A DNA stretch of 32,000 bases, taken from Nitrososphaera viennensis EN76. Its GTDB lineage: Archaea > Thermoproteota > Nitrososphaeria > Nitrososphaerales > Nitrososphaeraceae. Below the pieces are notes generated by a model, which worked only from the letters and a program-made list of their open reading frames with translations, was not told where the DNA came from and searched no databases. The stretch spans positions 2,220,001-2,252,000 of the forward strand of contig NZ_CP007536.1 of the NCBI RefSeq assembly GCF_000698785.1. Reading direction: 5' to 3'. This document shows, one piece after another, positions 8,877 to 16,642 of the stretch. Made by a program: the position numbers and the translations under genes. Position 1 is the first letter of the stretch, and every line of letters begins with the position of its first letter.

Positions 8877-9245
8877 ATGGTGTGCATCACCGGGGAAATA
8901 CCGACATCGTACGCGACAAGGGTCGAGCATTATTGCATTGACGCAAAACAAGACATAAAGGATTTTGTAGGAAACGCGGTCAAGGCCTACATCGACACCA
9001 TTGCTCCTGCAAAGTTTCCTACCGGCAATACTGCAGCGAGCGCGGTTATCGAACAGGAATCATCCAAAATTGCCAGTCTGCCCCCCGCCCCGGAGGACCA
9101 AAATAACCAAGATCAGGAGGTAGAAGCTGCAGCCCAAAAAGTCGCATGTGAGCATTGTGGTAAAAAGAATGTCTGGTCAAGGGGGACCAGAAGAGGTAAA
9201 CACAGATATCAGTGCAACGACTGCGGCAAGTATTTCAGTGTCTAG
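8862..9245 (+). CDS. hypothetical protein ending in a transposase-type zinc ribbon (possible chimeric or relic gene)
   Basis: The C-terminus CEHCGKKNVWSRGTRRGKHRYQCNDCGKYFSV resembles the N-terminal CxxC-x16-19-CxxC ribbon of archaeal IS-encoded transposases, but the ORF stops right after it. Start ATG at 8862, 8871 or 8877. Confidence 0.45.
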   Translation: MRIMKMVCITGEIPTSYATRVEHYCIDAKQDIKDFVGNAVKAYIDTIAPAKFPTGNTAASAVIEQESSKIASLPPAPEDQNNQDQEVEAAAQKVACEHCGKKNVWSRGTRRGKHRYQCNDCGKYFSV

Positions 9246-9329
9246 AGAATAATCTCTTGCTCGACCACTCATTGAAAAGGGGAAAGCAGGTTTGGGTTGA
9301 AGCCCGGTGCCTTTCACTTCATCCAAGCA

Positions 9330-10052
9330 TCAGCTGACAGCTATGACATACAGCTTGTTTTCCTGCACAGGAACGTGGGAATGTTCCTGAATACTCTTTA
9401 GCTCGACAGTTAGTCTTTGACCTATCAATTCCTCTGGGAGATCGCCAGGGATCGCTATTCTGACCTTTGTAGTCTTGATTTGTCTATCAGGCAGGGTTAT
9501 GGAGACATTATCCGGAAACGATGCCAACCTCTTAGTGTTATAGTAACACGTGGGGTCTTCGATTCCTTCAAACCGAAGTTTACTGTACCTCTGCAACAGC
9601 TCTGTGGAGGACAATGCCTGAGAAGCTTTTAGGGCGGCGGGATAGTCAGATGGCTCCAGCCTCATGACAACCTTCTCAGGGTTGAATTCTAATTCGCCTT
9701 CCTGCTGAGATGACGATGTTGGCGATATCCTTTGAAATTCAACCGATTTTTCTTGCTTATCCTTTACTCCTCCTTTTATGTACACCATTTTTATCGTGAC
9801 ATCTACTGACCAGCCTCTTTGACCAAGCGCCGTCAATATACATCGCCTACGGAAAGATTTGTCGATGAAATGCCTTTCAGACGGAGCTAGATATATTTCG
9901 GAAGATTTACCATATCCTCCAAATTCTCTGCCAAAGAATTCGGCTTCGTCCGTTCGAGACATCTCTTTAAGATAGGAAGAGACATCTCGTAAATAATAGC
10001 TTTGGTGGCGAATTTCATGTTTCTTTAAAGTACTCTCATTGCTTGCCCACAT
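9330..10052 (-). CDS. hypothetical protein (240 aa)
   Basis: A long ORF with an ATG start, 36 nt downstream of the BNR gene on the same strand, so probably co-transcribed. No motif recognised. Confidence 0.7.
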   Translation of the reverse strand: MWASNESTLKKHEIRHQSYYLRDVSSYLKEMSRTDEAEFFGREFGGYGKSSEIYLAPSERHFIDKSFRRRCILTALGQRGWSVDVTIKMVYIKGGVKDKQEKSVEFQRISPTSSSQQEGELEFNPEKVVMRLEPSDYPAALKASQALSSTELLQRYSKLRFEGIEDPTCYYNTKRLASFPDNVSITLPDRQIKTTKVRIAIPGDLPEELIGQRLTVELKSIQEHSHVPVQENKLYVIAVS

Positions 10053-10088
10053 GGTCGCTTGTAAAAGGTGGCCAAATGCCCAATTTTC

Positions 10089-13000
10089 TCACCTGACATT
10101 CTTGTCATATCCGACTGTCAAGACCAAATTCACCGTTGTCACCACTGTTGACGCTTCGACGCTACAGGGCGCTGAGACATTAGTGCAGTATGAATAAGTT
10201 ACAACAAATTGTATTGGCTCATCAGTTAGTCCGAAGAGATTTTCTGCAGGAACGTTATTGAATGTAAATATCTTGTCGAGATTTCCGCCAGAGGTTGCGT
10301 CGCCGCCTGTCCATTGAAATTCCTCGAAATAGGGCACCCCTACGCCATAGATGCTGATAGTCCCACCCAGAAAATAATGCGTCTGACCAAGGTACAGGAC
10401 AGTTTCCGGGTATCTCGTGAAGATGCTAGTATCGACGCACTTGATAGGTATCAATCTAGAGGCCATACAGCCATGAAGATCCCATCTGCCTTTGGTGTTG
10501 TTATTCACTGGATCAGGTGTTTCTAGGAAAAAAGTATAACCTTCCAATGGCTTCGGATTGATATGTCTGTCGCAGTGGAAGTCCTTACTGACATGGAAGT
10601 TACAGGTCATTGGGTTTGAAAGGCTGAATTGGCCATCCGAGCGCAGTGTATAGGGCGAGGAATTGCCTTCTCTCAAGAGGATTCCAGTCGACATAGTTGT
10701 TGCAATTTTGGCCGTAAGCTGATCAGGAGATTGGAAGATTGTTCCATATGTAGTGTTAGGTGTCTGCCAGCCAGTTGTTGCATTTCTCAAGGTTTCGTAC
10801 AGATTGCCGCCGCTGAGGGTGAAGATGTGCACGTTATCGTCTGGAGTTATCGAAATGGCAGGAATCGAATGATCGAGAGTACTGTCTGCGGTCTCTACTC
10901 CGGCGAATGTACCATTGCCGTAAAATTTGGCAACCTTTAACGTCCCATGGTTTCCGCTTGTCAGATAGGCAACGAAAGCCATCCTGCTTGAATTGGACGA
11001 GAAACCATCCATCGTATCTGACGCAATCTGCTTTGTGGTATTGCTTGACAAACAGGTAAAACATCCGCTCCAGAAATCACCCCAAGGATTGGTCCCGGTT
11101 CCGTTGTATACTTGCCATCCTAGATGATCCCAACCGTATGCTGTGTATACCTTCAACATTTTACCCGAGTCCAATCTTGTCAATGTTACCGGAATCTCGT
11201 TTGCGCCGGTCATTCCAGTGAATTGTGTTGGCGACGGGCTAGGTATCCAGCTCCACCCTCCATCCTTTGACCAGTAGTCCTGCATGTACCAGTTGCCACC
11301 CGTCTTGAAAGTGTACGTCACGAAAATAGTCCCGTTCGTACTCGATGCGGCAGCAGTTGTCGCACAGATTCCCCCTGGAAGACATGAATTGTCAGTCGTT
11401 TCAGTTCTTAATGCTCTCGTGCTAAAGAGGGAGAGCGATTTGTCATGAATCACGAATGTCTTTGCATAAAGCGTATTGTCAGAGTGATCCTCTTGGACAT
11501 AGACCAAAGTTATCCTCTCAGTAGAGTTGTAGTGCGTGTAGGCGATTGTCCACTTACGACTGTCAGAGCCAAGAATCCCCGTACCTGTCGATGTCGCGCT
11601 TGCAGACCAGGTGCGGCCTAGGTCTTTTGACGTTTTGTATACTATGTTAAATCCGCCATCATAAAATGCGAACTGGGTATGGTTGCTTGACTCTACCAGC
11701 CTTCTCTCACCTGCAAATGATTCGGACGAGAGTGGCGAATTGAAAATAAGGCTATCCTGCATGACCGTTCCAGGTTCAAGCAGCCCAAACACTACGTTGT
11801 AGGGCGAACCAGTGCTCTCCCGCCACATTCCTGCCAGCGCCCCATCCAAAACAATAGCTCCTGAAAGCTGGTCAAGTGATGTAAAAGTGGTTCCAAACGG
11901 ATTGAATGGAGCCTCCCATACTCCTGCGATTTTCCTTGTAACATACACCTTGCCGTTGGATATTGAAAGGATGTTTAGATCACCGTTCGGGTAGGAAAAG
12001 ATGGATGGTAGATTATGCCTGAGCGTACTATCCACGGTTTCAATTGTTGAAAATGTGCCATTTGCGAAGATTCTTGCAATCTTTACGATCCCTCCGGCAC
12101 TTGCCGTAACATTGGTGTATGTGACCACTCCCTGCCCGGTAGCGTCAACAGTGGAGGAAATCTGCTTGTAAGTGTTTGAAGCCATTCCGGTTCCCGTAAC
12201 CGTTTGAACAGTACCCCAAGAGGTACCGTTAAAAATCCTGTAATACAAATCCGCGCTGTCATACTTCAAGTACGCAAACAGCATCTTGGTAGAATCTAGC
12301 GGAGTTAGCGTCAGCGCAGGCCGATAGATGCTTACACCTGTGACTTCAGCCAATGAATCAGACCAGGTAGCTCCTCCATTGGTTGATTTTTTGATTCCGT
12401 ACGAGAAATATGTCGCCCCAGACGCTACCCACTTGAATGCAGCATAAATAGTTCCATTTCCATCGACGGCGGTTGCTACTCCCACGCAGGACCCTGATGC
12501 AGAAATGCAGCCGCTGTTAACTGTGGTGCTACCGATCTGTACCGGTGAGCCCCAGCTTATCGATGCGGATGGCCACGTTACATTGCCTCTTATAGAATAG
12601 AAGTTTGTATTGTTTCCAACAACATGCCAGTAAATCACGTTTATGCGCTCTCCACCGCTTTGGATGTGATGCACTACCGTCCATCTGTGCTTATCAGAAG
12701 CGACAGTGCCTGTTCCAAGCGAAAAAGCTGAACTCCAGGTATGCCCTCTGTCGTCCGATGTCCTGTAGACAATGTTTGAACTGTCATAGTAGAAGGCGTT
12801 TAGTCGAGTGTTGTTTGTAGTTACTATCCTTGTTTGGCCCTCAAAGTAGTTGCCGATTTCAGGAGAGATGAAGGTGTTGGTTCCGCCCACAACGTATGGA
12901 TCGATAAGGAATGGTTTTCCGCCGCCAGCACCTACAGGGATCGTTAGTAAAGATGTCTCGACGTCAAAATCAACTTGATACCCGGAGTCGATAGCATCAG

Positions 13001-13976
13001 ACCAGTCAAGTTCCAACCCTTCAGGCTCATATTCATTATTCCCCGAGACTATACCTTCCACGCCTTGTACGTCAAAGTCAATTTTGCTATCGGTCGTAGG
13101 TGAGGAATGAATTACCCGGAGTTTGTCGTCCTGGACAATAGAGTTATTGTCGCCATCATCTATTGCTAGCTTTATTGAGGTAGCATTTGCGCTTGTGCCC
13201 GCGATAAAGAACTCGTACCTATCTTCATAGCCTCTTGAATTTTGTGCAGGTCTCCAAAAGATGTCGTACTGCTTTTCTGCTCCAATGACTCTTTGGTCCA
13301 CAACGCTACTGTTCTGCCATAGCGAAAACGCGCCTTCAGACGATGGTATTGAGAGAAGATACCTGTAACCTCTGCTGTCTTGGACTTCAGTAGAGCCGTC
13401 AGTATTCCATGTTATGGTCATGGTCACTTCCGAGTCGGTCATCCCCTCAAACATCAGAGTCGGATAAGTAACAGACCTTGTTATGCTGCTGCCATTGGAT
13501 TGGACAAGCGGCTCGCCAGATATCTTCACCAAACTACTGCTAGAAGTCTCGGTTAGATTTGCCATTGGCAAGATAGTCTCTTCAGGTTCATTTTCAGTAG
13601 ATGTCGAATTGGTATCTGTCGAGGAAGTCGAATTGCCAGTTTCTTCACCGGAGGTCTGGGTCGTATTGCCAACATGGGTGCTGTCAGAAGTAGTAGCGTC
13701 ACTAGGCTCCTGGCTTGAAGAATCTGATATCGTATTATTATTTCCAACCTGCTCCCCAGTTTGGCTGCGAGTATCGGTGCTGTTTGAAGACGATGATGAG
13801 GACGAGGAAGAAGAGGCAGCAGATTCACCTGATGAAGTTGAATTCTGTGCGCTGGCGTTCATGGCGACATTAGAAACAAGGGATAGCAACAAAACAACAA
13901 TCAGAGCAAACGAAAGTGACAGTTTCAGGGCGGCCGTTGTGCGATCCGGTGTTCCTCCACTTCCTCCACGAGGCAT
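10089..13976 (-). CDS. large secreted or surface protein with Ser/Thr-rich stalk and two tandem BNR/Asp-box (sialidase-like beta-propeller) modules
   Basis: N-terminal hydrophobic signal/anchor (LSLSFALIVVLLLSLVSNVAMNASA) followed by a ~90-aa S/T/N-rich region that includes S10. Four Asp-boxes (SxDxGxTW) are present: SDDRGHTW (12735-12758), STNGGATW (12364-12387), SKDLGRTW (11607-11630) and SKDGGWSW (11247-11270). There are many N-x-S/T sequons. Confidence 0.9.
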   Translation of the reverse strand: MPRGGSGGTPDRTTAALKLSLSFALIVVLLLSLVSNVAMNASAQNSTSSGESAASSSSSSSSSSNSTDTRSQTGEQVGNNNTISDSSSQEPSDATTSDSTHVGNTTQTSGEETGNSTSSTDTNSTSTENEPEETILPMANLTETSSSSLVKISGEPLVQSNGSSITRSVTYPTLMFEGMTDSEVTMTITWNTDGSTEVQDSRGYRYLLSIPSSEGAFSLWQNSSVVDQRVIGAEKQYDIFWRPAQNSRGYEDRYEFFIAGTSANATSIKLAIDDGDNNSIVQDDKLRVIHSSPTTDSKIDFDVQGVEGIVSGNNEYEPEGLELDWSDAIDSGYQVDFDVETSLLTIPVGAGGGKPFLIDPYVVGGTNTFISPEIGNYFEGQTRIVTTNNTRLNAFYYDSSNIVYRTSDDRGHTWSSAFSLGTGTVASDKHRWTVVHHIQSGGERINVIYWHVVGNNTNFYSIRGNVTWPSASISWGSPVQIGSTTVNSGCISASGSCVGVATAVDGNGTIYAAFKWVASGATYFSYGIKKSTNGGATWSDSLAEVTGVSIYRPALTLTPLDSTKMLFAYLKYDSADLYYRIFNGTSWGTVQTVTGTGMASNTYKQISSTVDATGQGVVTYTNVTASAGGIVKIARIFANGTFSTIETVDSTLRHNLPSIFSYPNGDLNILSISNGKVYVTRKIAGVWEAPFNPFGTTFTSLDQLSGAIVLDGALAGMWRESTGSPYNVVFGLLEPGTVMQDSLIFNSPLSSESFAGERRLVESSNHTQFAFYDGGFNIVYKTSKDLGRTWSASATSTGTGILGSDSRKWTIAYTHYNSTERITLVYVQEDHSDNTLYAKTFVIHDKSLSLFSTRALRTETTDNSCLPGGICATTAAASSTNGTIFVTYTFKTGGNWYMQDYWSKDGGWSWIPSPSPTQFTGMTGANEIPVTLTRLDSGKMLKVYTAYGWDHLGWQVYNGTGTNPWGDFWSGCFTCLSSNTTKQIASDTMDGFSSNSSRMAFVAYLTSGNHGTLKVAKFYGNGTFAGVETADSTLDHSIPAISITPDDNVHIFTLSGGNLYETLRNATTGWQTPNTTYGTIFQSPDQLTAKIATTMSTGILLREGNSSPYTLRSDGQFSLSNPMTCNFHVSKDFHCDRHINPKPLEGYTFFLETPDPVNNNTKGRWDLHGCMASRLIPIKCVDTSIFTRYPETVLYLGQTHYFLGGTISIYGVGVPYFEEFQWTGGDATSGGNLDKIFTFNNVPAENLFGLTDEPIQFVVTYSYCTNVSAPCSVEASTVVTTVNLVLTVGYDKNVR

Positions 13977-14024
13977 ATGTCGCCTAGTAATGAAGCTTCT
14001 CTAATATTGTTAGCTAAGATTTTG

Positions 14025-14043
14025 TACGTACGCGAGGTACGTA
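14025..14043. promoter_or_regulatory. inverted repeat TACGTAC-GCGAG-GTACGTA between the wHTH gene and the BNR gene
   Basis: The 7-nt arms are perfect. It lies 49-67 nt upstream of the BNR ATG (13976), just beyond a TAATATT TATA-like box at 14003-14009, and 10 nt downstream of the wHTH stop. Confidence 0.3.
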
Positions 14044-14052
14044 TTATTTAAC

Positions 14053-14322
14053 TCACGCGCACAACCAGAACTGTAACTGGCTCACTTCGACAACTCTTCT
14101 TGCAAAGGTGGTGCCCCGTTCTGTAAGGATGACGTACCTTCTTTTTCCCTTAGTTCTAATTTTGACAAATCCTCTCTGCTCCAGACGCGCTAAAAGTACA
14201 TTGCATCTCTTGTGGTTTGTCCTTGACAGCATCGCTAGATTCGTCACTGTAATGCCATCATTTTCTATCAACACCTTCATGACTCTGGCAAGGTAGCCGA
14301 TGCGGGTCTCGGGTGAAGACAT
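14053..14322 (-). CDS. small winged-helix DNA-binding protein
   Basis: ITVTNLAMLSRTNHKRCNVLLARLEQRGFVKIRTKGKRRYVILTERG is an HTH plus wing pattern. ATG at 14322 lies ~26 nt downstream of ATTATATAAAG (14343-14353), consistent with a leaderless archaeal transcript. The track's TTG at 14343 lies inside that TATA box. Confidence 0.75.
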   Translation of the reverse strand: MSSPETRIGYLARVMKVLIENDGITVTNLAMLSRTNHKRCNVLLARLEQRGFVKIRTKGKRRYVILTERGTTFARRVVEVSQLQFWLCA

Positions 14323-14570
14323 GGCGTCCGAGCTGTGGAACAATTATATAAAGAATTCTCATATAGGAGAATGTAACACTTATTTTCTTATTTTGGAGGA
14401 CCATTTTCTGCAATTTTGGTGATTAATGAAAGCTCAAATTCGCTAATGTGTATTTCAGCATCTAAAATCAGGGGCTAGAAGGAATTGGAGTTGACAGACA
14501 GTGAACGGGCTGCAGAGTTTTACAAAATCCTCAAGAGGCAGGAATATCGAACGAAAAGACTGCGAGGGCA

Positions 14571-14816
14571 TTGACCCGCCTATTTCAGTACATGATTCAG
14601 GACAGGGCCATACCCCTGTCGAAGGAAGAGTTGGCGATTTGGAGAAGCCTTAACGTCATCGACCGGGAAGGGTATGTCCTAATGGACGACCGCTACGAGA
14701 TAAACAAGGGGGTATTGCTTTCAGAAGTCTATGAAGGCGGATTGTACAGGATCATCGGCGACGATGGAAGAATCCTATATGTGTCACCAACCAGAAAGAA
14801 AAAGCCGGATGATTGA
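14571..14816 (+). CDS. hypothetical protein (74-81 aa)
   Basis: The ORF has a TTG start at 14571 or an ATG at 14592 (MIQDRAIPLSKEEL...). No motif recognised. Confidence 0.4.
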   Translation: MTRLFQYMIQDRAIPLSKEELAIWRSLNVIDREGYVLMDDRYEINKGVLLSEVYEGGLYRIIGDDGRILYVSPTRKKKPDD

Positions 14817-14874
14817 TTTCCTAATGCTTGTTAAATCCTTGGCCGGTAGTCGTTGCCTCGTTTCCATAGTGGGC

Positions 14875-15530
14875 TTACGTCAATCCTATTCTCGAACTCT
14901 TTCTACGTTTGTGATAATAGTATGCCACGGACGCCCCTCCGCCTATGATTACCACTGCTGCTACAACTAAGGCCGTGGTAGTAGCGGAGAAGCCGTCAGG
15001 TTGCAAGACTCCTTCTACTAGGACGGTAGTAGCGCGTGCATCACATGCCTGGCATTGAGGCGAACTGGCGTCTATTGTGATGGCATTTCCTCCTAATTCT
15101 TGGATTACTGCAGAAGGTTGTATCTGAAAGGTGCCTTGCTTTAGGAAGCGTATGCCAAATTCATAGGGTATCGATTCGCCAGCCTTTAGATTAAAAGGAC
15201 CTTCCAAAGCCGTCCTCGAAACCACAATCCAGTCGTCACCTTCCAAACCGTAGATTTCAGAGACACTGACACGACCATATCCCTAGCGACCAGATTTGCG
15301 ACCGAACCTTTGAGTGTGACAATTCCACCAGCATCTATCGTTACTGCGGCTGGCTCTATATTCTGAAATTGAAGAATGGATGATATGCCGCCCCCTCCTT
15401 CTTCCTGGGCAAATGAATACTCGAATCCTGCTACTAGCATAGCGGCAAACAATGACACAACCAACGGGGCTTTGGTCAATCCAAATATCTCCCCGTATCT
15501 TGCAAAAAACCACGAAATACTCTTTTTCAT
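14875..15530 (-). pseudogene. frameshifted secreted or membrane-anchored surface protein
   Basis: Track ORFs 15186..15530 (signal-peptide-like MKKSISWFFARYGEIFGLTKAPLVVSLFAAMLVAGFEYSFA) and 14875..15246 (beta-rich domain plus C-terminal TM ALVVAAVVIIGGGASVAYYY and basic tail HKRRK) overlap in different frames. The downstream frame reads protein-like (GYGRVSVSEIYGLEGDDW) right up to a TAG at 15283-15285, so a 1-nt frameshift near 15275-15285 joins them. Confidence 0.65.
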
Positions 15531-15561
15531 ATAAATTCACTGTGCGAAATTGAAATAAAAA

Positions 15562-15762
15562 GAGTTTCAAATCAACGCGTGAATAATTTCTTTTCCAGTT
15601 TTGACATGAAAATGGGCCTGTAATTGTCAAAATCGTCGTACGCGCCACAATAGCCCGAAGCTTCTTCATCGGAATGGCATGTCGCAGACCTATCGTCGAA
15701 ATGCTTGCAAATACGCGCGTATTTGCACATCCCTGGCTTCATAATGCGCATTATAAAGCTGG
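15562..15762. repeat. right copy of ~201-bp direct repeat (partner at 8680..8880)
   Basis: See the left copy. The first ~193 nt are identical. Confidence 0.95.
15572..15751 (-). CDS. small 4-Cys protein, copy 2
   Basis: Identical to copy 1 from MRIMKPG onward. The track ORF extends to 15793 (MILTMSLLSAASF...) in copy-specific sequence. It lies downstream of the Hcp-like gene on the same strand. Confidence 0.6.
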   Translation of the reverse strand: MRIMKPGMCKYARICKHFDDRSATCHSDEEASGYCGAYDDFDNYRPIFMSKLEKKLFTR

Positions 15763-15907
15763 CAGCGGATAACAATGACATGGTCAAAATCATGCAGAAG
15801 CGTGGGAATTAATCCCATGTTGCACAGCATCATGAAAACCTGTGTCCGATAGATATAGAAGCAAGTTGTTATGGCATGGATGAATAAAATATAACAAAAA
15901 GGAGGGA

Positions 15908-15923
15908 AAAGGCCTAGGCCTTT
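15908..15923 (-). terminator. hairpin-plus-T-tract terminator-like element at the Hcp-like gene stop
   Basis: The 16-bp perfect palindrome AAAGGCCTAGGCCTTT embeds the TAG stop (15914-15916). On the minus strand it is followed 7 nt later by TTTTT (the reverse complement of 15881-15907 reads tccctcctttttgttatattttattca). Confidence 0.45.
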
Positions 15924-16552
15924 CTGTTCGCCTTTATGTCCCAGCCTCCTGTCACCGGCGCGCCAAGCGAGCCGTCAGGGTTGACAGGATAGTACGTGAA
16001 CTCTATCTTGGCAAAGTTGAGCGAGAAGCTGTCCGTGGGGACTGCTCCTGAACCGCCTCCTTGCTGGTACGACGAGACGAGCACGTCCGTCAGCTTGATC
16101 TGGAGGAACTGCTGGCCCTTTTTGCCGCTCACCTCGCCTGTGAGCACGACCTGCTTGATGTGCTCGCCTGTAGCCGTTGCAAGCATCAGCTTTGGAGACG
16201 ACTTGTCGATATTTTTGGTAAAACTGATGTCCTGGAACGACACCTTTCCCGCGCCTCCACCGCCGCCCGTGCTTGGCGAGCCTGTGTTGGATGCGCCCCA
16301 GCTGAACGATTCGACGTTTATCTCGCCTTTGTGCTTGTCATTTGTTGACTCTCCTTCAATGCCGTCTATCTTTAAAAAGTAGTCGACCGTGGCAGCATCG
16401 GCAGAAGGCATCCCGAGCAGCGCCTCGCTGGCCGGGAGCTTTTGCGATGAAAAAGAAGGTGCCACTGCGACGTACCCTGCAAGAATCGACGCAACAACTG
16501 CAACCGCTACCGCTACTACTGCTGTCATCTGCATCTTGCCTAGGTTTGGCAT
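15914..16552 (-). CDS. hcp: Hcp (type VI secretion tube protein) family homolog with N-terminal hydrophobic extension
   Basis: From residue ~56 the sequence reads DYFLKIDGIEGESTNDKHKGEINVESFSWG...GGGGGAGKVSFQDISFTKNIDKSSPKLMLATATGEHI...LTDVLVSSYQ...SLNFAKIEFTYYP...GWDIKAN. This is collinear with bacterial Hcp1 as I remember it. Residues 9-31 (MTAVVAVAVAVVASILAGYVAVA) look like a signal peptide or anchor. A TATA-like TAGATATA lies at 16572-16579. The internal Met48 (ATG at 16411) is an alternative start that would give a canonical Hcp N-terminus. Confidence 0.9.
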   Translation of the reverse strand: MPNLGKMQMTAVVAVAVAVVASILAGYVAVAPSFSSQKLPASEALLGMPSADAATVDYFLKIDGIEGESTNDKHKGEINVESFSWGASNTGSPSTGGGGGAGKVSFQDISFTKNIDKSSPKLMLATATGEHIKQVVLTGEVSGKKGQQFLQIKLTDVLVSSYQQGGGSGAVPTDSFSLNFAKIEFTYYPVNPDGSLGAPVTGGWDIKANRKA

Positions 16553-16642
16553 GGCGACGGATGCTGGAGAATAGATATACCTTTTCTGAAGCTCGGCTCT
16601 ATAAAATAGCTAAAAAGAAGGAGGGGAGTAGGGGAAGAAGCC

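Larger units (their letters stand above)
8680..8880. repeat. left copy of ~201-bp direct repeat (partner at 15562..15762)
   Basis: Read base by base, 8680-8872 is identical to 15562-15754. The last 8 nt differ at 2 positions (atgaagatgg versus ataaagctgg). The offset is 6882 bp. Confidence 0.95.
8881..15561. other. lower-GC accessory cassette bracketed by the 201-bp direct repeats
   Basis: Spot counts give 25-28 G+C per 60-nt line (lines 9421 and 12001) versus 40 per 60 in the neighbouring 753-aa gene (line 17401). All cassette genes are without housekeeping function. Confidence 0.6.

Noticed and set aside
13571-13847. Ser/Thr/Asn-rich tract, including a ten-Ser run, as a possible DNA repeat element
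   Set aside because: It is coding low-complexity stalk sequence of the BNR surface protein, and the nucleotide sequence is not a regular tandem repeat.
15283-15669. 128-aa minus-strand ORF spanning the right repeat and the start of the frameshifted surface gene
   Set aside because: It is out of frame with both better-supported genes (the 4-Cys gene and the signal-peptide ORF), and its sequence is not protein-like.
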